Part shown: positions 38,518-49,639 of the stretch, piece by piece
How the letters are laid out: the number at the start of each line of letters is the position of its first letter
Position numbering within the stretch: the stretch's first letter is position 1
Origin: Candidatus Bathyarchaeota archaeon
GTDB taxonomy: Archaea > Thermoproteota > Bathyarchaeia > TCS64
Assembly: GCA_963771885.1 (NCBI GenBank)
Contig: CAVYVF010000023.1
Coordinates: forward strand, 224,001-288,000
Direction: 5' to 3'
Length of the DNA stretch: 64,000 bases
Notes under the pieces: generated by a model
What the model was told of the DNA's origin: nothing
What the model saw: only the letters and a program-made list of their open reading frames with translations
Database searches by the model: none
Translations under genes and position numbers: made by a program

Positions 38518-39757
38518 CTACTTTTTCAGGTACTCGAAGGCGGAGAGCAGGTGCACCTTCGTGAGGTGAATGAGTTCCTCGACCTCGACGTACTCGTCTA
38601 TGGTTCCCATTCCGTGGTTGGTAGGGCCGTAGTAGTAGCTTGGTATGCCGCGTTCTCGCCAGAACTTGAGGTCCGAGCCTCCTAGGCTGATTATCGGCTT
38701 CGGGTCGATGCCTAGGAGGCGGGCGTTCCCCCTAATTATCTCCGCCATCTCCCCCGCCGGCGGGCTCCAGAGCGGCCCATCGTACCGGATTTCCTCGACC
38801 TCGGCACCAGGGTAGCGGGAGACAATCTGCCTGACGTGAGGCATAATGTCGTCCTTGGACAGGCCGGGAGGGAGGCGCAGATCGAGCTCGAACGTGCAGT
38901 CCCTCGGTATCATGTTGATCTTAAGGCCACCACTGATCACACCAATATTGACCGAGACGCGAGACATCACGTCGGCGCCGCCGGGGCCAAGCGCCTTCTC
39001 AGCGGCTTCCCGCCCCTCGCTTATCGCCTCGGCGAGGTCAGAGGGGTACGGGACGGGCACGTCCTTTAATGCCTCGAGGTCGGTGGCAAGCTTCGCGGCT
39101 ATCTTGATCGGGTTCGGGCTCAGGTGCGTGTAGGCTCCATGCGCTCCGGGGGCTCGAACTATGACTCGTAGCCAGAGTATTCCCTTCTCGCCGAAGCGGA
39201 GCGTATACGGGCTGCTCGGCTCCCCGTTTATGACAGCAGTCCCCCTTGACCTCGGGGACGTTCTCGACAAGCCAGCCCGAGCCGAGGCGCCCACCCGACT
39301 CCTCGTCGCTGACGACTGTGAGTGTAGCGCTGCCTGATAGTTCCTCCCCCAACTCGTTTAGGACGGCGTAAGCATAGATTGAGGCGGTCGTCCCCGCCTT
39401 CATGTCACATGCTCCCCTCCCATAGATGCGACCGTCGACGAGCGCCCCATCCCATGGAGGATGATTCCACCCTGCACCATCCCCTACGGGGAAGACGTCG
39501 ATGTGCCCGTTCATGACGAGGTTTCTCCCCGGCTTTCCGAACTTTACGTTGGAGACGATGTTCGGCTTCTCTGCGTCAGGGCCAACCGTCCAGTACCTTA
39601 TTCCCCGCTCATCGAGGAACTTCCCCACGTAGCTTGCCGCCTCACGCGTGTCGCCCGGCGGGTTCGGGCTCTTCGCCGCAATGAGCCCCCTCAGGAAACT
39701 GATGATGGTCTCCCTATCCGCCTCTACCCTCTCGATGAGCTGATTCTTCGTCGCCAA
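38518..39757 (-). CDS. M20 peptidase (ArgE/DapE family); frameshift near 39240
   Basis: NGHIDVFP, GRGACDMKAG, DEESGG in 5' ORF; INGEPS, GEKG, GAHGA, DEYV in 3' ORF. Confidence 0.88.
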
Positions 39758-39857
39758 GCAGTATCCGTAGCAATTACTACGCTTTGAGGATAAAACGATG
39801 GACAGAACAATGGCTGTCCTACGAGGTTTTTTCCACCCTCGTAACAACCACGTATCC

Positions 39858-40694
39858 ATGAATCCTTACAACGAGTACGGTAAGAGGATCGAAGAGCAAT
39901 TACGCCCAGCTAGCTACCCACTCGCAGTGAAGATGCTGAGAAGCGCCGATGAGGTGCCGACTGAAGCCGAGAGGCCTCTTCGCAACTACGGCGTCTGCAT
40001 GTCTACTTGCCAGTGCTTCTCACTGGCAAGGAAGTTTGGCAAAACCGTGGCGCAGCTCTTCGAGGACATGTGGTGCCCCGAGCCAGTCATTGGATTCGGC
40101 TTAGCAGATCCACCAAAGGTCTTCCTCGAAGGCCTTACGAGGCACCCCGACGGCGTTTCCTCGGCTGAGGCCGGGGCGAATTGGGCGAGGGAGTTTCCAA
40201 GGTTTAAGCCGGGAGAGTACGCGGGGATCGCGATAGCGCCGCTCAAGACGGCGAGTTTCGAGCCTGACGCAGCTGTCATCTACTGCAACTCGGCCCAACT
40301 ACTGAGGCTTCTTCTAGGCATCGCCTACAGGGATGGTAGGGATATCACAACGGTCCTGGGAGGCCACTCCGCCTGCGTATACGCCGTCGTCCCCAGCATG
40401 GTCAAGGGGGAGTGCCAGGTATCCGTCCCGTGCCGGGGAGACAGGGGCTATGCTGGAGCGCAGGACGATGAGATGATATTCACAGCGCCGAAGGAGAAGA
40501 TAGGTGAGCTCGTCCATGGCCTTGAGCAGAGGGGCACAAGCAGCATGCCGACCCGCTACACCATGGCACCGGAGTACAAGCTCTCGAAAGGCTACGCCGA
40601 GGCCGCCCGACAAATGGGGCAGAAGCGGTCGGACGGCTCTAGGATCGAGGGATTCGACGAGAAGGAGCGCCTTCTCTCCCTCCAGTATAGGTAA
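39858..40694 (+). CDS. DUF169 family protein
   Basis: YPLAVK, CQCFSLAR, WCP, PDAAVIYCNSAQL, PCRGDR, DDEMIF. Confidence 0.85.
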   Translation: MNPYNEYGKRIEEQLRPASYPLAVKMLRSADEVPTEAERPLRNYGVCMSTCQCFSLARKFGKTVAQLFEDMWCPEPVIGFGLADPPKVFLEGLTRHPDGVSSAEAGANWAREFPRFKPGEYAGIAIAPLKTASFEPDAAVIYCNSAQLLRLLLGIAYRDGRDITTVLGGHSACVYAVVPSMVKGECQVSVPCRGDRGYAGAQDDEMIFTAPKEKIGELVHGLEQRGTSSMPTRYTMAPEYKLSKGYAEAARQMGQKRSDGSRIEGFDEKERLLSLQYR

Positions 40695-40726
40695 GCCTCA
40701 ATACCGAAGCGGCGTATCAGACCCCC

Positions 40727-42265
40727 ATGAACGTGTTTAACCCGGATGTGCTTGTGATCGGGAGTGGTGCAGCTGGGCTACGAGCCGCCATCGAGGCTGA
40801 GAGACTCGGCGCCCACACACTCGTTTTATCCAAAGCCCCAGCGGGCATGAGGACGGCGAGTGCCGTGACAAACGGTTCCTTCAGGGCTGCGGTGGGTGGC
40901 GCTTCGAAGGAGGAGCACTTCAAGGCGACCCTTGACGCTGGGAAGGGTCTATGCGACCCCGCCCTCGTTAACGTGCTCGTCGAGGAGGGTCCGGAGAGGA
41001 TCGCGGAGCTTGAGCGCTTCGGTATGGCAATACAGATCCGTAAGGGTTCTGCCACATGTGGAGACGATCCGCAGGCTCGCGGAATGGGCTTCGTCAAGCC
41101 CCTCGTCGCCTACGCCAAGGAGCAGGGAGTGGAGTTCCTCGAAAACTGCGCTGTGTCAAGCCTCCTGCAGGACCACGGCAGGGTCGTTGGGGCTGTGGGA
41201 TATGCTGGTGAACCCGTCACAATCTACGCCAAGGCGACCATACTCGCAACGGGGGGTTGCGCCGCACTGTACCTTAGGACGGACGCCCCTCTCCCCCTCC
41301 TCGGTGACGGCTACTCACTTGCCTACGAGGCTGGCGCAACACTCAGGGACATGGAGTTCAGCCAGTTCGTACCAGTCGGCCTCGCCGAGAAAGGCCTGCC
41401 CCTCGTCGTCATCTACGGCGACCTAGTCGACAAGGGCGTCGTACTCAACTCTGAGGGCGAGGACATCGTGAAGAAGTACAACATCACGGCACGCCCTCTC
41501 ACTACCATGGCCCGGGACCAATTCAGCGCCGCCATGATGAGGGAGGTCACCGAGGGCAGAGGCGTGGACGGCGCCGTCCTCCTGGACGCGACCAAGGTAG
41601 TCAAGGAGGTTGGCCTTGAGGCGCTCATCACCGTCAATGCGCAGAGGAAGGCCCTAGAGGACGCCGGGGTCAGGGAGAGACCCATCAAGATCGCCCCCGT
41701 CAGCCACTTCACCATGGGCGGAGTAGTAATCACCCCAGAATGCTCCACAAGCCTACCCGGACTCTTCGCAGCTGGCGAAGTCACGGGTGGACTTCACGGC
41801 GCTAACCGCATCGGCGGCAACGCAATGACTGAGATCATTGTTTTCGGCGCCAGAGCAGGTGCGAACGCCGCAGCCGAGGCGAAGAAAGCTCAGAAGCCCA
41901 ACGCCGTGAAGCAGACAGAGGCCGAGATCGACTCGTACATAAAGACCCTGACCGGTGAGACATGCAACAGCCCACTCCCTGATCTGAGAAAGACGATGTG
42001 GGACAAGGTCGGCATCGTTAGAAGTGAAGGATCTCTAGAGGAAGCACTCAAACAGATAGTGGGCTACCAAAAGACCGTAGAAACACTGACGGCGGCTGAC
42101 GACTCTGCACTCCGAACAATAATAGAGACGAAGCTTGCCGCCAAGGCAGCAGGGCTAGTAACAGCCTCCGCATTGAGGAGGAAGGAGAGCCGCGGTACAC
42201 ATTACCGTAACGACTTTCCCAACCAGTCAGAACAATATGCCCAGTCAATCACCGTCAAGAAATAA
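40727..42265 (+). CDS. FAD-dependent oxidoreductase, succinate dehydrogenase/fumarate reductase/L-aspartate oxidase flavoprotein family
   Basis: GSGAAG, LATGG, DMEFSQF, HFTMGG, GLHGANRIGGN, RKESRGTHYR. Confidence 0.9.
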   Translation: MNVFNPDVLVIGSGAAGLRAAIEAERLGAHTLVLSKAPAGMRTASAVTNGSFRAAVGGASKEEHFKATLDAGKGLCDPALVNVLVEEGPERIAELERFGMAIQIRKGSATCGDDPQARGMGFVKPLVAYAKEQGVEFLENCAVSSLLQDHGRVVGAVGYAGEPVTIYAKATILATGGCAALYLRTDAPLPLLGDGYSLAYEAGATLRDMEFSQFVPVGLAEKGLPLVVIYGDLVDKGVVLNSEGEDIVKKYNITARPLTTMARDQFSAAMMREVTEGRGVDGAVLLDATKVVKEVGLEALITVNAQRKALEDAGVRERPIKIAPVSHFTMGGVVITPECSTSLPGLFAAGEVTGGLHGANRIGGNAMTEIIVFGARAGANAAAEAKKAQKPNAVKQTEAEIDSYIKTLTGETCNSPLPDLRKTMWDKVGIVRSEGSLEEALKQIVGYQKTVETLTAADDSALRTIIETKLAAKAAGLVTASALRRKESRGTHYRNDFPNQSEQYAQSITVKK

Positions 42266-42331
42266 CAAGCACGTGTTTGCGATTTCAAATACAATTATTA
42301 ATCAATTCAGAAGCTGCGAACCACAAGTTGC

Positions 42332-42847
42332 CTAAAAGGAGGGCCTAATCGGTTTAACCCGGCCATTCCCCTGGACTTTTTCGCCTAGGACATGTCTGAG
42401 AATTCCTAGATCCTGGGGATCTGCATCAATTACATACTCATTCTTCCCCGCCGGGTAGAGGATGGTCATGGTGTATTTGTCCATCCGAATGTGAGAGTCC
42501 TTATCCTTGGGCTCGACAATACGATCTATGTAGATTTTACTAACCTCTTCAACTGGTATCGCGTAATTATCAGGTGACTCCACGAGGATGCTGTCTGGTG
42601 GCATGGAGAAGTAGCGGCGACAGTACTCGACTATATCCTTCGGTGTCAACACCCTTCCGGCGGCAAGCTTTTCAATAAAGCCCTTGGCTCTCGCTTTCGA
42701 CTGAGCCATAGCCTCCTGCATCTGAGTAGCTCCGAGACGCGCAAATATTAGACGAGCACTCGTGACAACAAGTGTGTACTGCATCGACTGGATTCGACCG
42801 GTCGCCACTAAAACGTGTGGTATTACTCCTATGAGTCTCTCCGACAT
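42332..42847 (-). CDS. Hypothetical protein (possible PH-like fold)
   Basis: 171-aa ORF, YTLVVTSARLIF motif. Confidence 0.55.
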   Translation of the reverse strand: MSERLIGVIPHVLVATGRIQSMQYTLVVTSARLIFARLGATQMQEAMAQSKARAKGFIEKLAAGRVLTPKDIVEYCRRYFSMPPDSILVESPDNYAIPVEEVSKIYIDRIVEPKDKDSHIRMDKYTMTILYPAGKNEYVIDADPQDLGILRHVLGEKVQGNGRVKPIRPSF

Positions 42848-43002
42848 GTATGTGAATTTCTATGTAAGAGTTATATTATTTCCCCCTAATGGATTTTAAA
42901 AAAAAGGCAGATTTGCATCTTTTATTAATAAAAAAATGAGAAAAAGTCAGAGTATGATTATTCAAAGCATAATAACATATACTGGAAAAGTGGTCAAAAT
43001 AG

Positions 43003-43749
43003 TTGAACAATATGTCTAAAGTGACAAAGTTTTGCCCAAATTGTGGTGCATCATTGGAGGAGGGAAAGGCCTTCTGCCCTCAATGCGGGAACAAGGTAGG
43101 CGAACAAGCCGCCCCTCCATCACCAAACACATCGCCACCAGCAATTCCAATAAGTACACCGAGTGAATCAAAAAGAGGTGCAGTCGAGCACCTAACAATC
43201 GGTTATAGTATCGCCTTTGGGAACCCAATGGTGTTTCTCCCCTCTCTGATAAGCGGCGTCGTAGGCTTGCTGGTTGGCTCAACACAAGGTATTCTAGGAC
43301 CAAGTGGTTTCGTTATTATCCAGCTATTAAGTGCACTCGTATCATTCATACTCGGCTTCGCATCAACGGACATGTCGCGAGACGCTTACAATAAGCAGCC
43401 ACTAGATCTGGGACAAAGCATTGGGTACGTCTTAAAACGATTAATCCCATTCTTCATCGCATCGATAATTGGCGCGTTACTATCAATAACTATAGTGCTC
43501 ATACCAGCCGTCACCCTAGCCTTCGTCATAATGGTTATCGACGAAACGGGGATAATGGATGCATTCTCAAAGGCATTCAAGGTCATATTTGCAGATCTTG
43601 GCGACATAATCATAGTTCTGATTGTATCCATCGTAGGTTTCTTTATCATAGGTTATATACCCTACATCTCGACACTCGTCTACTCTATACTTAACGTGAT
43701 AATCGGTTTAGCCTTCATCGACATCTACATAAATTATAAGAATTCATAG
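43003..43749 (+). CDS. Zinc-ribbon membrane protein
   Basis: FCPNCG...FCPQCG, Pro-rich linker, ~5 TM. Confidence 0.75.
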   Translation: MNNMSKVTKFCPNCGASLEEGKAFCPQCGNKVGEQAAPPSPNTSPPAIPISTPSESKRGAVEHLTIGYSIAFGNPMVFLPSLISGVVGLLVGSTQGILGPSGFVIIQLLSALVSFILGFASTDMSRDAYNKQPLDLGQSIGYVLKRLIPFFIASIIGALLSITIVLIPAVTLAFVIMVIDETGIMDAFSKAFKVIFADLGDIIIVLIVSIVGFFIIGYIPYISTLVYSILNVIIGLAFIDIYINYKNS

Positions 43750-43870
43750 ATCCAGGCGAGCCCGTACTAGTTTTTCCGATCATTATGTTCGATTAAATAC
43801 TAACTTTTTCAGGTATAATGAGTTTAAGTGATATATACACATCCCAATCTAATATCAAAGAGGCGTTGAA

Positions 43871-44696
43871 ATGTCATACATCGTCTATGCGAAGGGATTG
43901 TCAGCCAAGTATAAGCCATTCACAGATGAGATGCTCAGTAACCTCGCCAGAAAGGGAGTTAACATATCAAATCATCGCATCATAGAAAATGGACAGGCTA
44001 TGACCGTCCAATATACTGACGAGACTGGAGATATGACGATAATACCGGAAGGCGACAATATCCGTGTAGCCTACACAGCCTCCGGCGGGCCAGAGACGCT
44101 TAAAGGCACGGTGACGGGAGGAGCCGCCGGTTTGGGAATAGGGGTTTTAACCGGAGTACTAACGGGAAAAGCCAATAAGGACAAGATGCTCGCGGGGGTA
44201 GCGGGTGCAATATCCGGGGGAGCCATCGGAGCCTACAAAGGACACGAGAAGGGACAGAGGGAGAAAATAACATTCGCAAAACTACTAGCATTCGACCGTC
44301 ACAGACACCGAAAGACACCTCCAAAATCTGGATAAGCAGGTGGCGCTAGCTCAGGCCAGGCAAGCGGTAACAGACAAAAACAAGAACATGGAGCGAATAA
44401 GGCTCGACTCGCATCTTTCTCAGCTTAGAGGACAGCTCGAGTCTAGTGAGATAGAGGAGGGCTCAAAGAAGATAGCTGCCGAGTCCAGGCACATTGAACG
44501 AGTATCGGAGCTGGAGGAAAAGTATGCCAATAAAGCTGAGACTCTACAGAAACTTCTCGCAAGCGAAGACAAACGTTACGAATCGGAAATAAAGATGGTC
44601 GAAGCCAACTATTCTCGAATAAAGTCAAATCTCTCAGCCAAAATAGCTGAGACCGAAGCGAAGCTAAATCTGCTAACAAGCCTCAGCGACACATAG
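43871..44696 (+). CDS. Glycine-zipper + coiled-coil protein; probably one gene split near 44290
   Basis: GGAAGLGIG..G..AG..GA..GGAIG zipper in 43871..44335, charged coiled coil in 44340..44696. Confidence 0.55.
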
Positions 44697-44778
44697 TTGC
44701 GACCGGCAACAGATCTGCAAAACCAAAGCGTGATGCAATAACTCTTTATTTGAAAATCATAATCACAAATGATAAACA

Positions 44779-46242
44779 TTGAAGACCAAGAAATTCACAA
44801 TTTTACACTCTAACGATATGCATGGTGACTTCGCTGCCGAGACCCGAGCTGGTGAGACCAAGCTAGTAGGAGGTCTCTCGCTGCTGAGCGGCTATATAAA
44901 CAAAGTAAGACGCGAGGAAGAGAACGTAATATACGTCATCGCGGGCGACATGGTTCAGGGCTCCCTCATCGACTCCGAGTACAAGGGACTGTCAACAATG
45001 GGGTTAATGAACTACCTCGCCCCAGACGTGGTCAGCCTCGGCAACCACGAATTTGACTACGGGTTATCGCACCTACTCTTCCTCGAAAAAGTGGCCAACT
45101 TCCCAATCGTAAACGCAAACCTCTACATCAAACCCTATGGAAAACGATTGATGAAGCCATACCTGATCATGCCCAAGGCAGGGTTCGAGATACTCTTCAC
45201 AGGAATAATTACCGAAAAAGTCATGGACACGATAAGGAACGACTCCTTAGTCAGTAGCTTCGTCACACTCGAAGAAGCAAGCAACGAAGTAGGGAAAATC
45301 TGTAACGCCTACAAGAGCGACGACATCGACCTCACGATTCTTCTCACTCATATCGGCTTCGATTCAGATATCGAACTGGCGAGGATGCTGAAGCCCGAAT
45401 GGGGAGTCGACATAATAATCGGTGGCCACTCTCACACAATACTTGAGAAACCAGCAAAGGAGAACGGGATACTTATCGTACAGGCGGGTGTTGGAACCGA
45501 TCAGATAGGACGATTTGACATAATCGTTGACGATGATACAAACTCGATCATCGAATACAAGTGGACTCTGATCCCAATAGATGGAACCATCGCGGAACCC
45601 GACCAACAACTCCAACAATACCTAGAGAAGTACCAACACGAAGTAGACGACAAATACAACGCAATCATCGGAAAACTAGCCTTTGAACACACTCATCCAA
45701 AACGCGAGATCGAAACATCCACCGGAAACCTGTTCGCCGACGCCTTCGCAGACCACGCTCAAAGCAACGTGATGTTCGTAGCAAGCGGCTCAATCAGAAA
45801 GCCAACACTTGGACCACTTGTCACCATGAGGGACCTCATCCAAAGTTTCCCCTACAACGACGTACTCACTAGGTACACTATCACCGGCGAGCAACTAACA
45901 AGCACTTTCAAGCATATCATGAGGCCCGAAAATAGGAACGGGGAAGGAGAATGCTACCAAGTCAACTCTAGTGTCAGGGCAGTATACAGTGATAGCATGA
46001 AGGACCTCGTCTCCTTAAACATCAGCGGAGAGGAGGTAGATCCGAACAAGAATTATACGATCTGTATGCAGGGGTATCACGCCAAGAACGCTAACTCATA
46101 CTTCAACCTCTCACCCGAGCAATTAAGCGCCCATAAAAGCAAGGTCGTTTCAACTTCCTCCTTTGAAATTCTGGAGGAGTTCATCCGGAACAACCAGAAC
46201 ACCAGTAGACGGGTCGAAGGCAGACTCGTCTATCTACCATAA
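44779..46242 (+). CDS. Bifunctional metallophosphatase/5'-nucleotidase
   Basis: HSNDMHG, AGDMVQGS, GNHEFDYG, THIG, GGHSH, GSIR. Confidence 0.92.
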   Translation: MKTKKFTILHSNDMHGDFAAETRAGETKLVGGLSLLSGYINKVRREEENVIYVIAGDMVQGSLIDSEYKGLSTMGLMNYLAPDVVSLGNHEFDYGLSHLLFLEKVANFPIVNANLYIKPYGKRLMKPYLIMPKAGFEILFTGIITEKVMDTIRNDSLVSSFVTLEEASNEVGKICNAYKSDDIDLTILLTHIGFDSDIELARMLKPEWGVDIIIGGHSHTILEKPAKENGILIVQAGVGTDQIGRFDIIVDDDTNSIIEYKWTLIPIDGTIAEPDQQLQQYLEKYQHEVDDKYNAIIGKLAFEHTHPKREIETSTGNLFADAFADHAQSNVMFVASGSIRKPTLGPLVTMRDLIQSFPYNDVLTRYTITGEQLTSTFKHIMRPENRNGEGECYQVNSSVRAVYSDSMKDLVSLNISGEEVDPNKNYTICMQGYHAKNANSYFNLSPEQLSAHKSKVVSTSSFEILEEFIRNNQNTSRRVEGRLVYLP

Positions 46243-46314
46243 TCTGTCTCGCCGCACCAACTATTTCTATCATAAAACAGATAACATCTAACCACCGATT
46301 ACAATCCGACGAAT

Positions 46315-47664
46315 ATGAAGAGAACAATGATAGCGGTTCTACTATCCTTCATACTGATAGCCACCATCACTTCATCGTGGCCAACCCAAGCGATCTATCA
46401 GAACACGAGCAGCGTCGTGATAAATGAGGATGGATCGGTTACACCCACATCGGCTCCGGTGACACGGAACGGGGACACCTACACTCTTACCGATGACATC
46501 TATATCCCCGCATCAACGAACGAGGGAATAATAATCGAGAAGAATGACATTACACTCGACGGCGCTGGACACAAAATTCGGGGCCATGGAGAGAGTTCTT
46601 CAATATTTTTAGAGAATAGAAGCGGGGTCACGATTAGAAACGTGCTCCTTGAAAACTTCTACTGGGGTATCGAGCTTCAAAACAGCACGAAATGCATTGT
46701 CTCGAACAGCAACCTCACGGCAGTCATGTATCCCATCTACTTAGGAAGCTCATCAGGGAACAAGTTCTACCACAACAACATCTTCCGAATCCCATACTAC
46801 ACAGACGGCTCCGACAATACATGGGACAACGGCTACCCATCGGGAGGCAATTTCTGGGACGGATACCCCTATCCCGATACTAAACAGGGGCCGAACCAAG
46901 ACCAAGTGGGAGGTGACGGCATAGGCGATGTTGCCGTCCGTGAGGAAATATTCAGTCAAGGCGGGGAAAACGTAGACAGATATCCACTGATGGTAAGACA
47001 AACGTTCGAAGCTGGGTCAACAACCAGCCTTAAGATAGCCCTCGTAGACTCCTCGGACAAGCCGGTTCAGGGAGCAACTGTTGAGTCGACAGCCCAGCCA
47101 TTGGGGCAGCAACCTCTGAGTGGGACAACCAACGAGGAGGGCGTAGTTCTATTTAACGACGTTAAACCGGGGAGCTATACAATAAAAGCCTCAAAGACTG
47201 GATTTCCAGAGGCTACATCCACCGTCAGCACAACTGAGGGCACGACAGCCAACCTACCAATCACCTTCCAACCCACTCAACCAACTTGCACCCTTAAGGT
47301 GACGGTTAAGGACAAAGACGGCGCCGCAATAAGTGGAGCGAGCATCTCCTCAACCACGCAGCCGAGTGGGCAAGCAACACTGACTGCGACCACTGGGGCG
47401 GATGGCGTAGCGACTTTCTCGGATATAAAACCCGGCGGCTACACTTTCCAAGCGTCAAAGAATGGATACGCTCAGAAATCCGGGTCTTCAAACGTAGCTG
47501 ACGGCGAAACCGCTAACCTCGGATTGACCCTCCAAGCTGCTGGGGACACCGCTGGAGGCGGCGGAATACCCGGGTTCCCAGTAGAAGCGATGGCATCGGG
47601 GGTAATATTGGTACTGATACTTCTTCACACAACAAGGAAACAGACCCGGGTTAGCCAACCGTAA
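46315..47664 (+). CDS. Cell-surface protein: NosD/CASH beta-helix, two carboxypeptidase-regulatory-like repeats, GIPGF C-terminal sorting signal
   Basis: Signal peptide; ITLDGAGH; NTWDNGYPSGGNFW; DGIGD; 2x STxQPxGQ..T..G...F.D.KPG.Y; GGGGIPGFP+TM+basic tail. Confidence 0.8.
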   Translation: MKRTMIAVLLSFILIATITSSWPTQAIYQNTSSVVINEDGSVTPTSAPVTRNGDTYTLTDDIYIPASTNEGIIIEKNDITLDGAGHKIRGHGESSSIFLENRSGVTIRNVLLENFYWGIELQNSTKCIVSNSNLTAVMYPIYLGSSSGNKFYHNNIFRIPYYTDGSDNTWDNGYPSGGNFWDGYPYPDTKQGPNQDQVGGDGIGDVAVREEIFSQGGENVDRYPLMVRQTFEAGSTTSLKIALVDSSDKPVQGATVESTAQPLGQQPLSGTTNEEGVVLFNDVKPGSYTIKASKTGFPEATSTVSTTEGTTANLPITFQPTQPTCTLKVTVKDKDGAAISGASISSTTQPSGQATLTATTGADGVATFSDIKPGGYTFQASKNGYAQKSGSSNVADGETANLGLTLQAAGDTAGGGGIPGFPVEAMASGVILVLILLHTTRKQTRVSQP

Positions 47665-47697
47665 AATTATTGGGCATCTTCAAACTCACGACCGCAG

Positions 47698-48496
47698 CTA
47701 GCTGTCGGTTGCAGGGCCTATCCTCGCATACATGGAATAGTAGTGGCTAAGAAGGGTCAAGTATAGGAAGGGCTCGACGAGGGCATACGCGGCGGCCCCA
47801 TTCATCATCAGGATGAACAGTGTGACGACGTAGCCCTGAACCCCGATCAAGACGAAGCTAAGCGTAGCAAGGGATACCCATATCACGATAAAAGTCACAG
47901 CTGCAACTAGGCCCGCAGATGTGAATAAGAATAGGGTCTTCAGCCATCGGCCCTTCACAAGTTTGTATCCCTGTATAATGGAGCCTGTTACGTCGGTCTT
48001 TTCGATGAGATGAGAGGGTATGGATAAGGGCAGGAGAATGAATGCTATGACTCCGGGAACCCACAGCATCATGGATCCCACAACCACCCCGACATAGACC
48101 GTGAGAAATAGCAGTAGCGTCCCGGTAGCACCCCTTAGTGAGAAACGCAGAAATCGGTCAGGGGCCTTTCCAGCGACTATTTCGTCGCCAACACCCAAAT
48201 TATATCCCGTGATTATTGATGCTCCAACCATATACAGTAGAGATAATACTCAGAATGTAGAGGGACATGGAGAAAAACTGGGAAATCATGCCCATTGCAG
48301 AGTCGTAGAATGTGGGGTTTCCCTGAACCACGCTTACCTGATACATTAGAACGACTGTGAGCAGCCCGAACATTATGACGGAGAGCAGGAGAGATGATGT
48401 GAAGAAGAAGCGAAAACCTCTCCGGTATAGGTTAGCGGCGTAAGATAGTGTCTTGAATAGAGACATCTCTGACGCCGGTCTATCTCGGGGCATCAT
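47698..48496 (-). CDS. Multi-pass membrane protein; split near 48220
   Basis: Two overlapping hydrophobic ORFs; GYKLVKGRWLKT motif. Confidence 0.6.
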
Positions 48497-48557
48497 ACAT
48501 TATGGTATTAATAGGATCGGCAGTTAATTCTTCTGTATAACTAAAGCCTAGGGCGGA

Positions 48558-49634
48558 CTAGGCTATTTTTTCGCCACAGCTTCCGCAGAACTTTTGCCCA
48601 TTCTGGTTGGCGGACCCACACTTCGGGCAGGTTACGCTAGAGGGAGCCATTGTTTTCCCGCAGTTGCTGCAGAACTTGTTCGACGGCGGGTTTTCGGTAC
48701 CGCAGCTCGGACACTTGGCTCCCTTCGGCTGTAAACTGCCTCCGCACTGGGCGCAGAACTTGTTCCCCTCGGGGTTCTGGAATCCACAGGACGGACAGAC
48801 AACGACTCTCTGCGGCGCCGACTCGGGTTGCATCCCCCTCATCATCTGTGCGCCCATCCCCAGGCCAAGCCCCGCACCGAGGCCGGCACCGGCGGCGCCT
48901 CCGCCTCCGTCGGGGAGGACCTGGGCGGTCTCCTTAGCGTACTGCATGGCCATAGCCTGCTGGCCCATACCTGAGGCGAATCTCCTCGCCTCCTCGGGTA
49001 TCTTCACCCCCTCGAAGACCGCGTCAACCACTGCGAGCCCCGCTCTCCTGGCCTCGTTGTTGATGACGAGCGCGGTCTTGTCGGTCACCTCATCCACGTT
49101 TCTCACGAGGTTCGGTATCTGGTACTCCCCGAAGGCGTCGATTACCCTCTCAACTACGAATCCCCTGATGTAGTTTTCAACGTCCTCCGAGGTGGATGAA
49201 TTTCTGTTTCCGAAGAACTCGGTGACGAAGAGCTTTGGTTCCTCAACCTTGTAGAGCAGATAGCCGAAGAAGCTGATCTCTGCCTGATAGGCGATCTGGC
49301 CACTCGGAGCGGAGTAGGCTTGCCCGCCGAAGTTGGCCCTCATCTGGCTGTTGCTGACGTAGACCACCTCGCATTCGAAGATGTCCCCGATTAGCCCTAT
49401 CCTCTTAACGAGGTCGGTGAGAATTGGGATGTTCGCGCTCGTGATAGTGTGGCGACCCGGCCCTAATACATCGAGGGCCTTCCCGTCGCGGAAGAATACT
49501 GCCCACTGGTTTTCCATAACAATAACTTGACTCCCATACTTGAGGGAGACCTTTGGGAACCTGTGAGCGATTTGATTGGGTTTCGCATCCATCCATTGGA
49601 CTGCTTCAATTATCGGCAACTTTTCCATCTCCAA
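48558..49634 (-). CDS. SPFH/Band-7 domain protein (YdjI-like) with triple double-zinc-ribbon tail
   Basis: GSQVIVMENQWAVFFRDGKA..GPGRHT..NIPIL; GAGLGAGLGLG; 3x CPxCGxxN...KFCxxCG. Confidence 0.88.
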   Translation of the reverse strand: MEMEKLPIIEAVQWMDAKPNQIAHRFPKVSLKYGSQVIVMENQWAVFFRDGKALDVLGPGRHTITSANIPILTDLVKRIGLIGDIFECEVVYVSNSQMRANFGGQAYSAPSGQIAYQAEISFFGYLLYKVEEPKLFVTEFFGNRNSSTSEDVENYIRGFVVERVIDAFGEYQIPNLVRNVDEVTDKTALVINNEARRAGLAVVDAVFEGVKIPEEARRFASGMGQQAMAMQYAKETAQVLPDGGGGAAGAGLGAGLGLGMGAQMMRGMQPESAPQRVVVCPSCGFQNPEGNKFCAQCGGSLQPKGAKCPSCGTENPPSNKFCSNCGKTMAPSSVTCPKCGSANQNGQKFCGSCGEKIA

Positions 49635-49639
49635 GAATC

